A DNA stretch of 64,000 nucleotides from Auanema rhodensis (GCA_964057225.1 OZ059899.1:7812001-7876000), one strand, 5' to 3'; positions 15,152 to 32,704 are shown, counted from the stretch's first letter. Numbers and translations: made by a program. Notes: generated by a model not told the origin, from the sequence alone.

Positions 15152-15605
15152 CTACGATTTCTTCTCATCGATTTCAATTTGAGTAATTTGTTCAATTTTT
15201 GATCTTTAAAATTATGAAAAGAAATTATTAAAAACGATGAGTTTCTTGAATGAGAATCTTACTGATTTGCAGCTTCAACTATTTTTTTTGCTTCCTTTTC
15301 AACTTGAGCTTTATTCTTTGCAGGTGAAGATATTTTTTCTATATTATTAATTCAATTTTTTCAATAACGCTAACGTATACAAACTCTGTTGATCACTTTC
15401 TTCAGCCGGATTACTTGGACGAGCAAAGTTAGACACATATGCCCCTTTACGAGGAGTTGCTTGATCTCGTTGGCAATTATTAGGACAATAAGTAACTTTC
15501 TATATTATTTAGTTTAGAGAAATTAAATTTAAATTCAAGAATAATTATTACCCGAGTTTTCATTGTAATATAAACTGGAACTGGTTTGCGTCTACCACCG
15601 CACAT
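15152..15605 (-). CDS. Putative ~100-aa basic/charged orphan protein (4 exons)
   Basis: Three short GT-AG introns join MCGGRRKPVPVYITMKTR / KVTYCPNNCQRDQATPRKGAYVSNFARPSNPAEESDQQ / KKISSPAKNKAQVEKEAKKIVEAAN / QSKIEQITQIEIDEKKS* in frame. Confidence 0.55.
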
Positions 15606-18600
15606 TACTTTTTAAAACTTGGAAATAAAACTTTAATTGCAACTTGTTGTTTCATTTTTATATAACATTTATGGTCTAATGAGATGAATACTTTAAAGAA
15701 ATTAAAATTCATTCAATCTTAACATTTCATCGTAATATTCAAGTTTTGTTATGAAAAATGTCAAAATGATGAAAATACCTTATAGATGAATGAATATAAT
15801 CCGCTTTATCTGCAATTGAAAATCTTTTAAAAGAATAGAAAAATAAGAAAAGCTGTTAGAAATTTTTGAAAATCTCTGTTAAAATTTATTTTTATTCAAA
15901 AAATTCTCTCTAATCTTAGTAATATTTTACAAATATTTTACATACAGACTTTCAAATAAAAATTTTTTGTATTTTTTTCAAATTAAATTTTAAAAAATAT
16001 TTCTTTAAAATAGTTATTTCACTACTTTATATATAATTTATTCATCCAGCTTTACTTTCAATATACAAGAATGTTATAGTCTTAAACTATCAACTTCTGA
16101 TTTTTAAAAGAAATTATTAGTAATAATATTAATTTAAAATATTTATAAATCATAGGATTTATAGCTTTCTTGCCGAAAAATTTCTATATATTCCAATAAA
16201 CAAAATGATCTTTATCTACATATTTCTAAATATACATATGAATATTTATAATGTAAAAATAAATATCAAGGGAGCACTATTTCAAATATGTCTTTCACAC
16301 CCGATTAGAGTTGATGAAGAGGAATAGCATCATAACATCGATATTTCAAATCTTTGTGTTGATTTCTACAACATATTTTTAACATTTTGTTGGATTTTGA
16401 AGATTTTTTAAAATATTTTTGATAATTTATTTAATATAATTGATAATTTGCATATATAGTATACTATATGTATGTATATCAGATTATAATAAAATGTTTT
16501 TTTTCTCTTCAACACCCGTTGAAGCTATTGTCCCTAGAGAACACTTCATTGAATAATGGTCATCTATCTTACTATATTACGTATAAAGTTTTATAACTTT
16601 TTTTTTTACAAACTTGACTAACTCTAGAATAACTTTAAATCAGAGCTGTCTGAACATATACATACATACATGTATAATATATACAACTTTGTAACCTTTT
16701 TTTCTTCACACATTTTCATAAAAGACAATCTTTTTTTTTCTTTTTTTTCCAATTTATCGTTCTATTTTCTTAGTTTTTTTTCTTCTATGGAATTTATAAT
16801 AGAACGTCAACTAGTTGTTTCGTTTCTTTTTAAAAAGAAATAAAAATAAAATATCCAGCACATGCATTTAAGAATTGTGTCTATAGTCTTTCTCATATTA
16901 TAGCTTCTTCCTTTGTGTTTTTCCGTTTTTTCTTCTTCTTTCGATTCAGCCGCCATGTATGTATATAGACATCGTGTACATATTTGTAACTGTGTATGTA
17001 TGAAGCTCTATGTCTAACCTTAGAATTCGATGAATATACAACTTGTTAGCTCCGTTGTCTTCATTAACATCTTCTTTCTCTTACAGAATTTGTATAACAA
17101 TTTTAGATTATTCATATTTGAATTTTCCAAAAGTGAAACGACTTCATTATAATTTAACAAATTTCATTTCTGACGCACATAAACTCGTAATAGCCGTAAA
17201 CGAAGGATTACAAGAACTTGAGGGATGGTACTTGCTACTGATCAAATTACTCTTTTCAGGACGACTTCTTCGAATTTTTGCTAATTTAAAATTCACAAGA
17301 AACTGCTCATCTTCATATTCCTTTTCACTATCGTTTTCTTTATTTCTCTTGGTTACCCATACCCACCATCTTATGTTTTCTACAGCATCCTCTTCAGCTT
17401 TCATTATCTTTAGCTTATTCTCTTTCTCTCTATTCTCTCTAATTTTCGTTTTCTTATATACTCTGGTTTAGCATCTCAACCTCTGTGTATTCCCTCTATT
17501 TCTTTAAGTCAGTTAAGTGTTTTCTCATTACGATTTTTGGACTTTGTCCAATTAGTCACCTATTTTACACTCTGGAAGATCCATCTTGTTAACCACACTC
17601 AATAATTTTGTTCTTCCTTAAACTTCGTCAGAGCATTTTTTTGGAACGAATATGAAAAACAGAAAATAGTATCGTCCAGCTGAAACCCAATTGAAGCTTC
17701 GCATTCTTGCTAGTAAATTCGCTGTGCTAACCATCAATCCGCCTGAGACCTCCGGAAGACCCTCTAATTTAACATCTAACCCTCTCACTGATTGCATTTT
17801 TCCAACAAACGACATATTCAAGAAAGAAAAAAAAACTGTGAAATTCTTTTATTTTTAACGACTTTACAATAAAAGTATGTAGCACAGTTTTATCTGTTCA
17901 CAATCATTGAGTATATGTATTTTTCTGCTTGTTCAGTTTTTATTTCATTACGAAGCTGCTGAGGCGTCAAGACATCTTCCAGCTTAAGACATTATGACAC
18001 AGCTGTTATTTCTTACTTTAAATCTTTAACCACAAATACAATATTTTCATAGAATATTATACTATTTCTAGTGAAAATTTATGTGAAACATGCATTGTTT
18101 ATTTATTCTTCATTATTATTATTTATTTTTAGATGTTATATGAATTATAATTTGTCTCTGTGTCTCTTTCTTTCTATATATCGTTTTGTATCAATATGTC
18201 CTTCTCTCATTATTCTCATTTCTTCTCTTTAACCCCAACCTCCCTTTTGCTTCTTTCTCTCTCTTCCTCTTTCAGTTTTGTTCTTTCTCATACGTCCACT
18301 CTTCTGGCTTTTCCTTCATAAACATGGAAGCCTCTTCTTCAATATTGCCACCAGAAATTTCTTCAATCCTACTTTCTATAACTATTCCTTTTCAACTTAA
18401 TTACTTTATGTTTCAAATAATTCAATAAGTAATGATCTTTATTTCCCACTATCGACAATAGTGCGGCGTGAATGTCCCACTTGTCAGATTCCCTGAGGTC
18501 GACCAGTTTGCAGATTCTCTGTTTCAAAGTCTGAAAAGCAACAGCTACTGTGTCTTGCATGGCTAATCCGTTGTCGTTAAGCCCCTGAGCCTCATTCGTT

Positions 18601-21600
18601 TTGAATTCGATTAGTTGTCGCCCCGTAGAAAGCTTCAACTCTAGAAGATTATCATGCAATGTCCTTTCTTGCTGACCATATCCACCAGAATACCTTAAAC
18701 CCTTCAACGTATGTTAATCTAAGCAATTACTTGGCCACAGATTCTTATTAATACTTCTGAAACAATGTGTAGAACATTTAAATGTTGAAGTTTTATTTTA
18801 CAAGCCAATATAACGTCATCATTTATTTTAAAATTCAATATATAAATATCAAAAATTATTAAATTTGTCATCGTTTATTCTTATATTTTAGTTTAAATTT
18901 TGAAAAAGAATAGAATTAACTATATGTACATACGTAGTTAAGGTTATGAAATGATGTGAATACTAAAGATACTAAAAAACTTTTTAAATAGCATGTCAAA
19001 TAGTGAGTAGAAAAGAAAATTCAAATTATTATAAATGATATTAATATATTCTGAAATTTCATCATCATCATCATCATGTAGATGATACCTCTGTATACAT
19101 ATCTATATCTAACTATTAATAGTTATGATTGTAAGAATAAGATCATAGTTATTCAGCTATAAAAATAACAAATGAACTACCTTTTACTAGATGATGCTAT
19201 TGATCTGAAAGAAATCTTTATTTTCTTGCTTTTCACTACAACCCTATTTCCCGGTATTCATAATTAATCTTTCTAGCATTTTCTTCCGCTTCCCTTTTTC
19301 CTTCATATATCAATCTCTTACTTTTGCCTTTTTTTCATTCTTAGTCAAGTAGTAGACAACCCATTATTTTAGTTAGAAATCCAGGTTTCAAACATCTTTT
19401 AATTGATTTTTTTACAATTTATTCATCATTTATGTTGAGTAAAATATATTATTTTTACCTTTTTACTATATAATATTGTAAAAATAGAATAAAAATATGC
19501 ATTGTAAGTACTATAATACATATCCAAATCTATATGTATTATACACATATTTTCCGAATTATTCACCTTTATGTATAGGGTTTCCAGCTCTTTCAGCTGC
19601 TTTTCAATTGTTTATCTAGGACTTCAGTACTACAAGCTATTCCCATAATGACATCCGATACATATCTACAGCTTTTACGTCCTTCACCACAACGACGTGG
19701 ACGACGATGACAACGCCGTCGATCCTGGCCATCCACGAAAAGACACCTGTCTTGACCTCACAACGTTACAAATCTTTTTTTCTACTTTTGTTCGAAAAAA
19801 AAAGAATGTAATACAGCTATTTGTTTTGAGATTGATGACAAAAAGCTGAGAAAGACAAAGAATTATTTACCTAATCTATAGATTTCGTTTAAAGTTTATT
19901 CAATATTGAAGATATTCTAAATTTCTTTAATTATGTTTCATATTCATTCATATAATATATTATTTATAACTATATTATATCTATATATTAATTTTTATTA
20001 TGTCTATAATAATACTCATTTTTATTATTTAATTATATTGACAACAACGAAGGCAACATCAATTCTGTCTTAATTTTTTATAAAAAATTATATAAAAAGA
20101 CATATAATTAGAATTATATTTTAAAATTTTAATTATAAATCTAGATTAATCAATGAATATTCTTTTTTGTGTGTGTGTAGGTCATATTAATTCACATAAT
20201 TTTAATCAAACACTATATTATGAGATTTTTCTTTTTAATCATAAAAAAAATCAAAAATGAAATAATTAAACATATATTATATTAAACTTTATTTATATTT
20301 TATTACAGAATTACTATGAATAATCTTTTTATTCAGTATTGAACTTTTTTTTATGTTCATGGTCATCTCCAATTCTAATTAAATTGACAAAAATCAATGA
20401 AAACTATGATGCTCTATGAAGAGCCGCTTTTGATTTTTCTTAAGTTGTCATCATTCTATGTTGTATTCAAATTACAATTCAATTGGATGATAATCGTTTC
20501 CTTTTTATTCATTTTATTTGTTAATGTTAGATCATGAGGTTGCTTTATTTAGATCTTTATTTATCTTTCATTTTCTCTTTAATGTCATGTAATTTGTAAA
20601 ATCCACATGCTATTCTTGCGATTGCGGTATCTTCTGATGTTTCGTTGGCTGCTACCAACAATCCGCTATCTCTTTCAGCTTATATGCTTCATCTCATTTG
20701 ATTTTTTTTTTCATTTCGCTTCATTTTTATCTGAATAAACTACTGATAAATATAAATTTTTGCTTATTCCTATTTCTAATATTCAAATGATCTTTTCAAG
20801 CATACGTAATTCATACGTGAAACGACAGCTTGCATTTCATTTCACGTTTGATGTCGCAGTGAACGGTTGCTGTTCGTCCCCCCTTCCCTTTTCAATACAT
20901 GCTACTCTCTCTCTCTCTCTCTCGTATATCCTTCTTTTGGTCTACTTCTTCATACTTCCTTTCTTCCTTGTTCATCCCTCTCTCTCTCTTTCTCTCTGTT
21001 TCAGTATGTAAATTCATATGTTTTATTTCTAACCTTTATGCATATAAGTTTTATAACATAGAATACTTATCTCTTTAAGTTTTCTTTCTTGTTTTCTTTT
21101 CGCCTTCTAGAAATTGAGGCAAAGCAGGCATATTTTCTCTTCATGCTTAAGAGATAAGCAGATTATTATGTCACCAAATGCAATGTCATATCTACTTATC
21201 TAGCATCCGATGAAACCTTTTAACAACCAAAAATATCTTTTTATATCTCTTCTTTAACATTATTTCTATATTATATGCATATATTACTGAATATGTTTAC
21301 ATACACATATATCTTCTATTCAACTGATTTTCAACCAAATTTCCCTATTCTTTTCGCTCACTAGCTTTCGTATCACCTCCACTGATTCACTCACAATGAT
21401 TATTCCGCTCTCAGCTTGCATCAAAAAAATAAATTAAGAATATTTTTCCGCCACCTTTCCTGATACCATGGAGATTCATTATTTTGCTTTTTTTTAAATT
21501 TTGCCAGAATTGTACATAATGTTCATAAGGCACGTTCGTTTCTCTGTCTTTTAGCTCATGCAATTCTCTACATATTACCCCCAACGAGTCTTAAATCTGA

Positions 21601-22815
21601 GTTAGGCTTGTCATCAGCTCATGCTAATAGCATTTCTTTGATTTTTCTTCATTACAAATTCTGACTCTATTCTGTTTTCATCTTGCTCTTCAAATCTTTA
21701 CTAACAAAGCCGATAACAATCGCTTCTCAGTATGTTAAGAGTGGCTACTGGAAACATGAGAAGCTAGCAACTATGCTCAGGAGTACTTGGTATTTTCCCA
21801 CAAGCACATTTATGCTTTCTTTTCGCTTTTCTTGTTCTTCATTCATACAACCATATTTGCAACAAATCTCTTAACAATCATATTAGTCAATTTCCTTTAA
21901 TTTCAAACAAAAATTTGTTTGTGAAATCTAATGCTGTAAATGTCATGATTGTTAGGCTTTCATCATGAAATGTTTTTAAATATAAAAGGAAATCAAATTG
22001 CTTTCAACAATTCATTTGTTATCACAATTGAAATTTTAAAACATTAAAAGAATACAATCTTACAAGCTATATGAGAATAGTTAGTTGATTTGTTTCGTGT
22101 GAATATGAAAAAAAAATTCAATTATCATACCTTCAAACATATACACAATCCTTTAAAAATGTAAAATAGAAGAAATCGTTTAAGGAAATATTAAAAGCTA
22201 TTTCATATACATACATATATCACCATTAATAGTTGGATCATAGAAGATTTAGCTCTTCTAACTCTTTTCATTGCACATTCTCTCTATGCTGCACCCTCAC
22301 TCTCATTTCCTCTCTACTCCCTCTAGTGTGCTTTCTCTTTCTTTTATTCTTTTTATGTCTGATGTTGGTTCTTTCTCTTCCTCACCATCCGCTATTTCTC
22401 GCGTTCACGCTTCAAAGTATGAATAGCCTTAGACTAATTATGGATCAACTACACAACATATCTAGTCATTCGTGAGGTGAGGCAGAATAACGTCGAACTT
22501 CGATAGCTGGGTCTTCCATAATGAGAGTGAAGAGAATCCATACATATGAGTAAGCAAGACAACTTCCAAGCTGATGAGAATCAGAGAAAGAAAAAGATAG
22601 AAAGTGAAAAGTATAGAAAGAGCAACCTGAAAGGAAGAGAGTAGAATAGAGATCTGAAGAATTCGGTTGAGGTACCAAACGGCCACAAACTGCTGTTGTT
22701 CTCCTAAAACAACATACCTTATTTTGCACTTATGTCTTTTGTCTCATCATTTTTCTTACATTTCTTTGCCAGCATTTGATGTTTCCCTCTAAAATCTTTT
22801 TACTTTTTTAGATCA

Positions 22816-25143
22816 ATGTACAGTTTTCTTCCAATTGTATCCATATTTTCAATAGTATGCTTCTGCGGTTCACTTGCTCATGCACGAGCAAACACAAGAC
22901 GGGATGATTTATCCGTTGTTCACACATTTGATACGAGAGAAATGTGTATGAGTAGGTATGTAACAACCTTTTATGTATATATCTGACTTAAGTTATGATA
23001 CATCTTCTATTATATGTATTTCAGATGTCGAACCACATGTACACAACATCATTCAGAAGATTTAATGATGCCACGATGGCAATGCCCACTTCAGGTACCT
23101 ATTAAACTTTTTTTCTATTATTTATATACTATATTATATATACTTTGCTAAATTTAACTTTTTTAACTTTTTGAAGAAAGAATAAATTACTATGATTTCC
23201 ATTCTTTTCTGGCTAACAGCTTTTTCTTCTTTTTTTTCATCCAAATAGTTACAGAAAATTATTTTTTATGAATATAAGTATATGGTTATTTAAAATGTAT
23301 ATAATTTGAAAACTTTCTTTTTGCTATTCTATACGGCAATTGAATTTATAGTTCGTCTTTCTTGATCAAAGTTAAGCTCATCGCTTTACTTGTTCTTAAC
23401 AAGCATCAAAAGATCTTTCAAGTTGAACTTCCTTTCAGCATAGAACGGAAATTGCATTGTTCTTGAAAGTGCTTGAGAAAATCATGATGACGATATTTCA
23501 GTTGCTTGTATCTGATTCCACACAAATTGAAATAATATTATGATCTATCAACTTATCGGCTTTTCTCTCTTTCCCTTTCTTTTCCTTTCTGTTGGAAAAA
23601 GCAGTTTATTCAGTCAAGTGCATTAGAATAATTGAGGAAACTCTTCACCTATTCTGAATTCTAACAAATGTAACAGCCATCATAAGAATGATCAAAGTGT
23701 TTCATCATCCATAACTTCGTTTATATCATGAATATACTAGTCACTGATGAACTTCATAACATTATAAGAAAATGAACTAAAAAATCCAAAAAGCAATTTG
23801 AAGAACATGTCACTTATCTTATTCTAAGATAATGAATGGAGTTATATGTTATACAAGACAAGGCTTCATGTATGGATTGATATATCCTTTCACTAGCTGA
23901 CTTAACTGATTAATTACAAAAATTCCCCAAGGATATTTCTTCATGGCTTCACTTCACACCACACATATTTTGCAATACCATCTATTCAACTTCATTTGTC
24001 CTCTAAAACTCCCTTGACAATCCTTTTAGTTTCCTAATGTTTAAGCACTATGTAAGTACACAAGTAGTCACAATTCATTGATACAAAATTTTTAGTTCAA
24101 ATATAATTTTTATTTAAAAAAACAGAAATTAATTGCTTCATCTATAGAATTAATAGAATTAAAATGTGAACGAATCACATATATCATTCTTCAATGAAAT
24201 ATTGTGTAGAAATAAAAAGTTTGTTATACAAAATTATATATATATATAACATATACACTACTATATATATATATATGAATATCTTCTAGTTTATATAAAG
24301 TATTCGTTTCCGACTAACCATAATCATTTTTCTATATAATGACCATCATCTAAAACAATTATATTTTATAGTCTCATGACAAGAAGGAATATCGGAGAAA
24401 GAAAACTAGAAAAATTGATTTAATTCTATGAGTTATTGATTAATATTATAAGGAATTAATAATAATTATATAAGTTGAGATCATTTGATATGCATAGACA
24501 TATTATTTTTTTTTAAATTATTGAAATACTTTTTGGAAATAATAATTAAAACTTTTCAAAATCTTAATTAAACTGATAATTTGCAGCAAAAAACATATCT
24601 TTAGATATATTTTAATTTTTACATATTATATGTCATATTAATGAATATTCATAAGTAATTTATATAACTATATAATACAAATTTTGATTTAAAAAAAAAA
24701 AGAACTTTTAGTAGAGAAAGAAATTTTTTTTGATGAAAAACAACAATCTTCATATATATATTATTATTTTTTTATTAAAAAATAAAAAATAATATTGTTA
24801 TAAAGTAATATTAACATAACTAGAATATGATAAATAAACTTGAACAAGTATTTTTAGAGAATAGTACAATACGTTTTAACTTATAACATTTAAAATTTTA
24901 ATAATTTATTTGAATTCGTCATAATATAGTTAAATATACATATAATAATTTTTAGTTATAATTAAATGCAAGATATAATATTTGAAATTATAGGAAGATG
25001 ATACAAACTTCATGGAGGATGAAGAAGAAGATATGTTAACCTCAAATTTGCTATTCATCATTCCAACTCTTTTAATTGGAAGTGTTATTTGTCTATTTGT
25101 TTGTATTTCATGTGTTCAACGTTTTTGTAAAAATGATTTTTAA
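22816..25143 (+). CDS. Small type I membrane protein, 119 aa, with a 4-Cys ectodomain (exons 22816-22955, 23025-23094, 24994-25143)
   Basis: A TTTTAG acceptor lies 4 nt before the ATG. Exons total 140+70+150 = 360 nt in frame: signal peptide MYSFLPIVSIFSIVCFCGSLAHA, then CMSRCRTTC...RWQCP, an acidic linker, TM LLFIIPTLLIGSVICLFVCISCV and the short tail QRFCKNDF*. Confidence 0.75.
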
Positions 25144-28100
25144 TCTATTTTACAAAAGGAATATTATGATTATATATATGAATTAGATAACTAACTATGT
25201 ATGCTTTTTACAAAACTTCTTTTTATTCTTAAAGAATCCCGGTTTAAAGCTCCAAAAGAATTTTGTATTTCTCGCATCTGTCAGTATTACAGGTCATTCA
25301 GGGGTTTCAAGTATTATTACTGTTTATTATCTATTTCATTCCAATTGCTTCTGTTTGTAATTTCTGTTTCTTTGTTTGTTTCTATATTTCTAGCTTTGTT
25401 TCTTATCATTTGTAATTAGTTATTAGTTTTTTTTTGAAATATCTAAACATACATATATATATATATTATAAAATATATTATTACATTTATACAAATATGG
25501 TAAAAATTAAATTATGCTGCCTTTTCATTGTTATCTTAGATAATTTTTTCTAATAAATCTTAGTGAAAGGAAAAAAAATTTTATACACTATATAACAGTT
25601 ATATTTTTTTGTATATTATGCCGACTTCCATTTTTATAATTTTTAAATAGTATTATAGTTTGTTCAAATTTCCATATTTGTCCTCCAAAAACGCATTTTT
25701 TCTATTCTTAGGACAAAAAGCGGAGTAAAAAAACAACAAAAGACAATAGAACTACTAAAAATTGAACACGCAACTTAGTATATATTAAGTAAATATATAA
25801 AGCCACCTCTGCTTTCAATTTTTTTATTCATTTCTTTCAACGATTTCAAGAAGATATTTAGGTATATTTTTGTTTTTATATCATTTAAATAATTTAAATA
25901 CGATTTAATTCTTTTTCTTTTCTTTTTTTTTATGTTGTATGTCCCTCTCTAACTTAAATGAATTGCTTTGAACTAAAGAGGTGGTAAGGTTTTCAGAAAG
26001 TTTACTCTTCCTATTGACGCAAACTGGTAGTATAGTTGAGCTGAGCCGATCAAACGAAGACTTTCGGACATGACGTAAAACTATCGCTATAAAGATACTA
26101 AATCCATTTTTTTTGACAAAAATTTTAGATTTTTCTGCTAAAATCTTGTTCTAAAATGGAAGATTCACCTACTATACATACTTACAATTTAAAATAAATA
26201 TTAAAGAAGCATACGAAGAAGACATATATATTCGTCTTTAATTTCTTTTGAATATATTATCCTATTTGGAAATTCATTTGAAATGATATATAATAGCAAA
26301 ATAAGGTTTTTCTGATTTTTATCTTTAATTGAACTTCTGGTTTTGATAGATATTCATATGATATTTATGAATAAAAATTATTAAAGAAAATTAGAAACGA
26401 AATTCCGCATGACGACGAGATGTCATATGCAAGAGATTTAAAGATTTTTGCTTAAATTAATAAATTAATTTATTTAAGATTTTGGAATAATTTAAATTAT
26501 ATATTTCATAGAGACCATTCTTTACCGTTTTTCAAATATTTTGACAGCATATTGACATTGGTTGTCCGCTTTTCTCAGTTTGTCACAGATCGTGTGTACA
26601 AACTTTTGTTCAACCAGGAAGAGTGTATTTTATCAATCACAATACTATATATTTTTTGATAAATAAATAAATAAATATGTACACATTTATATCAAAATAA
26701 TCAGAAATAATATAAAGAAAATAAATTATATTTATCAAACTCTATGAATAACTTGATGATGATTCATGTATTCATTATGCTTATGTATAAGAAACTTTAC
26801 TTAATAATTGTCTCTTTGACACAATTTCATTTCGAAATGTATTCTACATACATACATGCATGTCAAATTCCCATCTAACCACCCACAAGTTGCAGCTATA
26901 GTTAGCGATGTATTAGAAATTGAAGCACCTGATTTTTACGTAAAATATTAATTTTCAAGTACGTCTTTGGTTAGCAGATATTTCAATTTATTGGCTTCTT
27001 CAGCTTATTCTAATTCCAGATTGTTGTTTGATCTTGGTTAGTCATATCAAACATGTTGAGTAGTTCAGATATAATGTTACAATAATGACATTCTCTTCAG
27101 TTTACTTAAACTTTTCATTATTACAATTTGTATATTTGTATATAAATCTCATTTAATTATTATTATTTTTGATAATATTCATACGTTATTTTATAATATT
27201 TTTATAATAATTATTATACAATATATTTTTGATCAAATTAAATTTAGAATTACAATAAGTTGATCTATGTGCCTATATATATTTCAGATATTTCAATTAT
27301 TTTGAACATTTAAAGCTGGTCAGTTATAAAACATCTTTTTGCTTTTTCAGTACTTTTTTCTTTAAATCTTCATTATTTGATTATCGGTTTGACATATAGC
27401 ACGGAGAATAATTGTAACAATCCATTGATGTCAAATTAAGAAGAAATGCTTATTTGATTGGAAAAAACAACGATGATGTTGAAGAGATCAAAGTTGAAAT
27501 AGAGTTTGATGACATCAGGAAAGTGCGTGGTTACATCTGAACTTCTTCTTCTCTGTCGCTGGGACATCTAAAAATCCATGTGAAAAAGAGGAACAGAGAA
27601 AGTTCGTTGCTCAAAATTGGATGATGGTAGCCATCGTTGATCACAGGGTGCATGAAGCTTCTGTGAATAAATGAGCATCACGTTTCCCCAGACTAATTAA
27701 GAACTTTATAATAGAAGTTAAACGGTTGTATGTATATATGTGTGTATATTTAAATATATATAATTAAACAATATATTTATATACTCGGAGATGTGTCATC
27801 GTTATTGGCACAGACGTAGAAAAAGGTTCTGCTCATTCTTCATTACCCGCATAAAATGGTTGAGGGCGGTCGGTGTTGATCATCCGATTTCATTTCCTCT
27901 CTAACTCATGAATAATTTTTTTTCTGTTCACACATCTTTATCCATTTAAACCTCAGAAACACATATACAGATTTCATCTCTTTCTTTCTAAAATTAAATC
28001 AAGAAGCCTTACATCTAGAATTGAAATACCAATTATAATAAATTCTTCTAAGACGTTGTTCCTCTCATCTGCATGTTAATCTTCTTACAATCAATCATGA

Positions 28101-28668
28101 AAAACCATCGTGTTCCGGAAAGAAACTGTTATCGCACATCGATCATAATTCGAAACGTCCTTCATTATTCACATGTAAATATATGAGAAGTACATAAATA
28201 TATGAAAGTACTTGAGCTACTATAAGATCATTTTCATTCGTTGTTATTGTACAGCCGGTTGTATTCATTTTTATTAATTTTTCAAACCACGTGAAGAACT
28301 TCTTTTTTAAAATATTTTCTACTTTTCTTATATTTTCTTCTTATATTGAATATATACATACATCTATTTTTCTTATTTTTACTGCATGTACTTATCAATT
28401 CTTATATTGTTAATAAAATAGATAAAATAATATATATATCAAAGTAATTATTATTTTAAGGTCATGACAATTCCTGTTTGATACAACAAAAAAACAATTT
28501 CTTTCATACTCTCAAAGCTTAACCATTTCTTTTCAATAGTGTCGTTCCCTTTTCCGCAAAAACGATGACGAGCTTTCCGATTTTTATCTTAAAATTATAT
28601 TTTATGATCTTTATTGTCTTATATATTCTAAATGTTGGATATAAATATAATTTAGACTAAATATTACT

Positions 28669-29015
28669 ATGCAATACCTACTTTTAATACTTCTCAGTCT
28701 GCTATTGATCACAAATTTACATGGTAAATTATGCTAAATACCCCATGAGATGTAACATCTACGGATTTCAGCTCGATTATGCGAAGAGACAACAGATTGT
28801 GATCCACTTTTCATCTGCGTCGAGGGCGAATGCATCTGTCGGTAAGATTTTAATCTGGAAAGCTCTTTCGAGACCATTAATTCCAAAACGAGATAAATCA
28901 ATCTTACAGGTTTGGACGGACCCCATGTACACCACCACTCTTCGGATTTGCACCTCTTAATGCTTTACCTCGCTTTCATCGGGATCTCTCACAAACACCT
29001 TACAAGTTTATGTAA
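28669..29015 (+). CDS. Small secreted six-cysteine (EB-module-like) protein, 76 aa (exons 28669-28723, 28772-28841, 28910-29015)
   Basis: MQYLLLILLSLLLITNLHA-RLCEETTDCDPLFICVEGECICRFGRTPCTPPLFGFAPLNALPRFHRDLSQTPYKFM*. Canonical gtaaat/tttcag and gtaag/ttacag junctions; 231 nt in frame. Confidence 0.75.
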
Positions 29016-29733
29016 GCAGAGGACTTGACATAGCTGATATTTGATGATCTCATATCATGATACTCGCTTTATTCACACAAAATTCAACAAAATGTTTTTT
29101 TATAATTCTGCCATAAATATACGAAATTAACAATATTAAAATAATTTATTATGAAGCAACAGTTAAAACATGAGAAAAAGAGCATGCAGAATATCACAAA
29201 AATTGCAAAAGACATTGCGAATTTCTATAAGCCTCGTGTGATCATGATACGAAACAGAACACGAAAAGTGCATTATGGAATTAACAAAACGGGGTTCGCT
29301 GATGTCCGAGGAGATGAATTTTCCTCTTGAAATTTAGCTCTAGAACCCACCCCGATTATGATAAGAAAATAAATTATCAGGCGACCAGCTACCAATATTT
29401 ATGAGAAATACCACAATTCTTTTATAGATTTGAGAAGCAAAACAACATCGAAAAAGGCTTAAGCATGCCGTATACAAGATAAGCGTTTGATGAGTAAGAT
29501 CCACGAATCACAGCATGACAGATCGTACGCCCAAAGACGAACAGAAAATAATTTAGGTTTTTTATTCAAGTTCAAAAATTAAAGTTTTCAAAAGGCCTGA
29601 ACAAGACCGCTTAAGAGGGTTATAACTATAGAAGTTGATTAATTTATTTTTTTTTAATTATTTGTTATACAACAACCTTGTGTTACTATAAAGTAAGCAA
29701 TTTTTGACACTAGGCAGTTACAGATAAGAAAAT

Positions 29734-32181
<2,448 letters not shown>

Positions 32182-32704
32182 TATGCTGAAACGCTAAAGT
32201 ATGCTGTAGACGACTGAGAATCAACGTGCAAACAAATCAATTAATGCTCAACTGTATGAGCTGGTCACTAAGCAATCAATAAGAGGAAAAAATATGTAAT
32301 ATATGAAAATTTAACTAAAAGGTCAACGTAGTTTTGTTTTAAATATATTTATATTATGATGACAATTAAAAAACAATAAATAATGCTAACAACGTTTTCT
32401 TATTCATCCATATAACATTGCTGATGTGTTGGGTGTATCTACTAGCAACCCGCGTTTGAGTGAGGAAAGTCGTGGCGGGACCAATAAGTTGTTTTTCCAT
32501 TGGGAAGCAAGTCAGGATACAAAGTCCGCTTGTACCATGTTCAAGATAAGACTTTCTTATCTTCTATAGCCGTTAAAAATTATTCAGGTCGTAGTCCACG
32601 CGGCTTTCGATCATCTCACTGTTCATATTCCTTCGTTGTCTTCATTTCTGACCACACTGATTTCTTCATTCACTTGAATTGATTTACCAAAACTTCCTTC
32701 AGAG
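32182..32704. promoter_or_regulatory. Probable bidirectional promoter between rab-6.2 and the first acyl-CoA dehydrogenase
   Basis: The two ATGs are head-to-head, 523 bp apart, each preceded by a TTCAG acceptor. There is a GC-richer core around 32445-32485. Confidence 0.5.

Noticed and set aside
17043-18707. ORF-track ORFs of 67-142 aa in this interval
   Set aside because: No recognisable domains or consistent splice signals, and largely driven by CT-rich low complexity. CCCTGAG matches to the lin-4 seed lack the rest of the miRNA and a hairpin.
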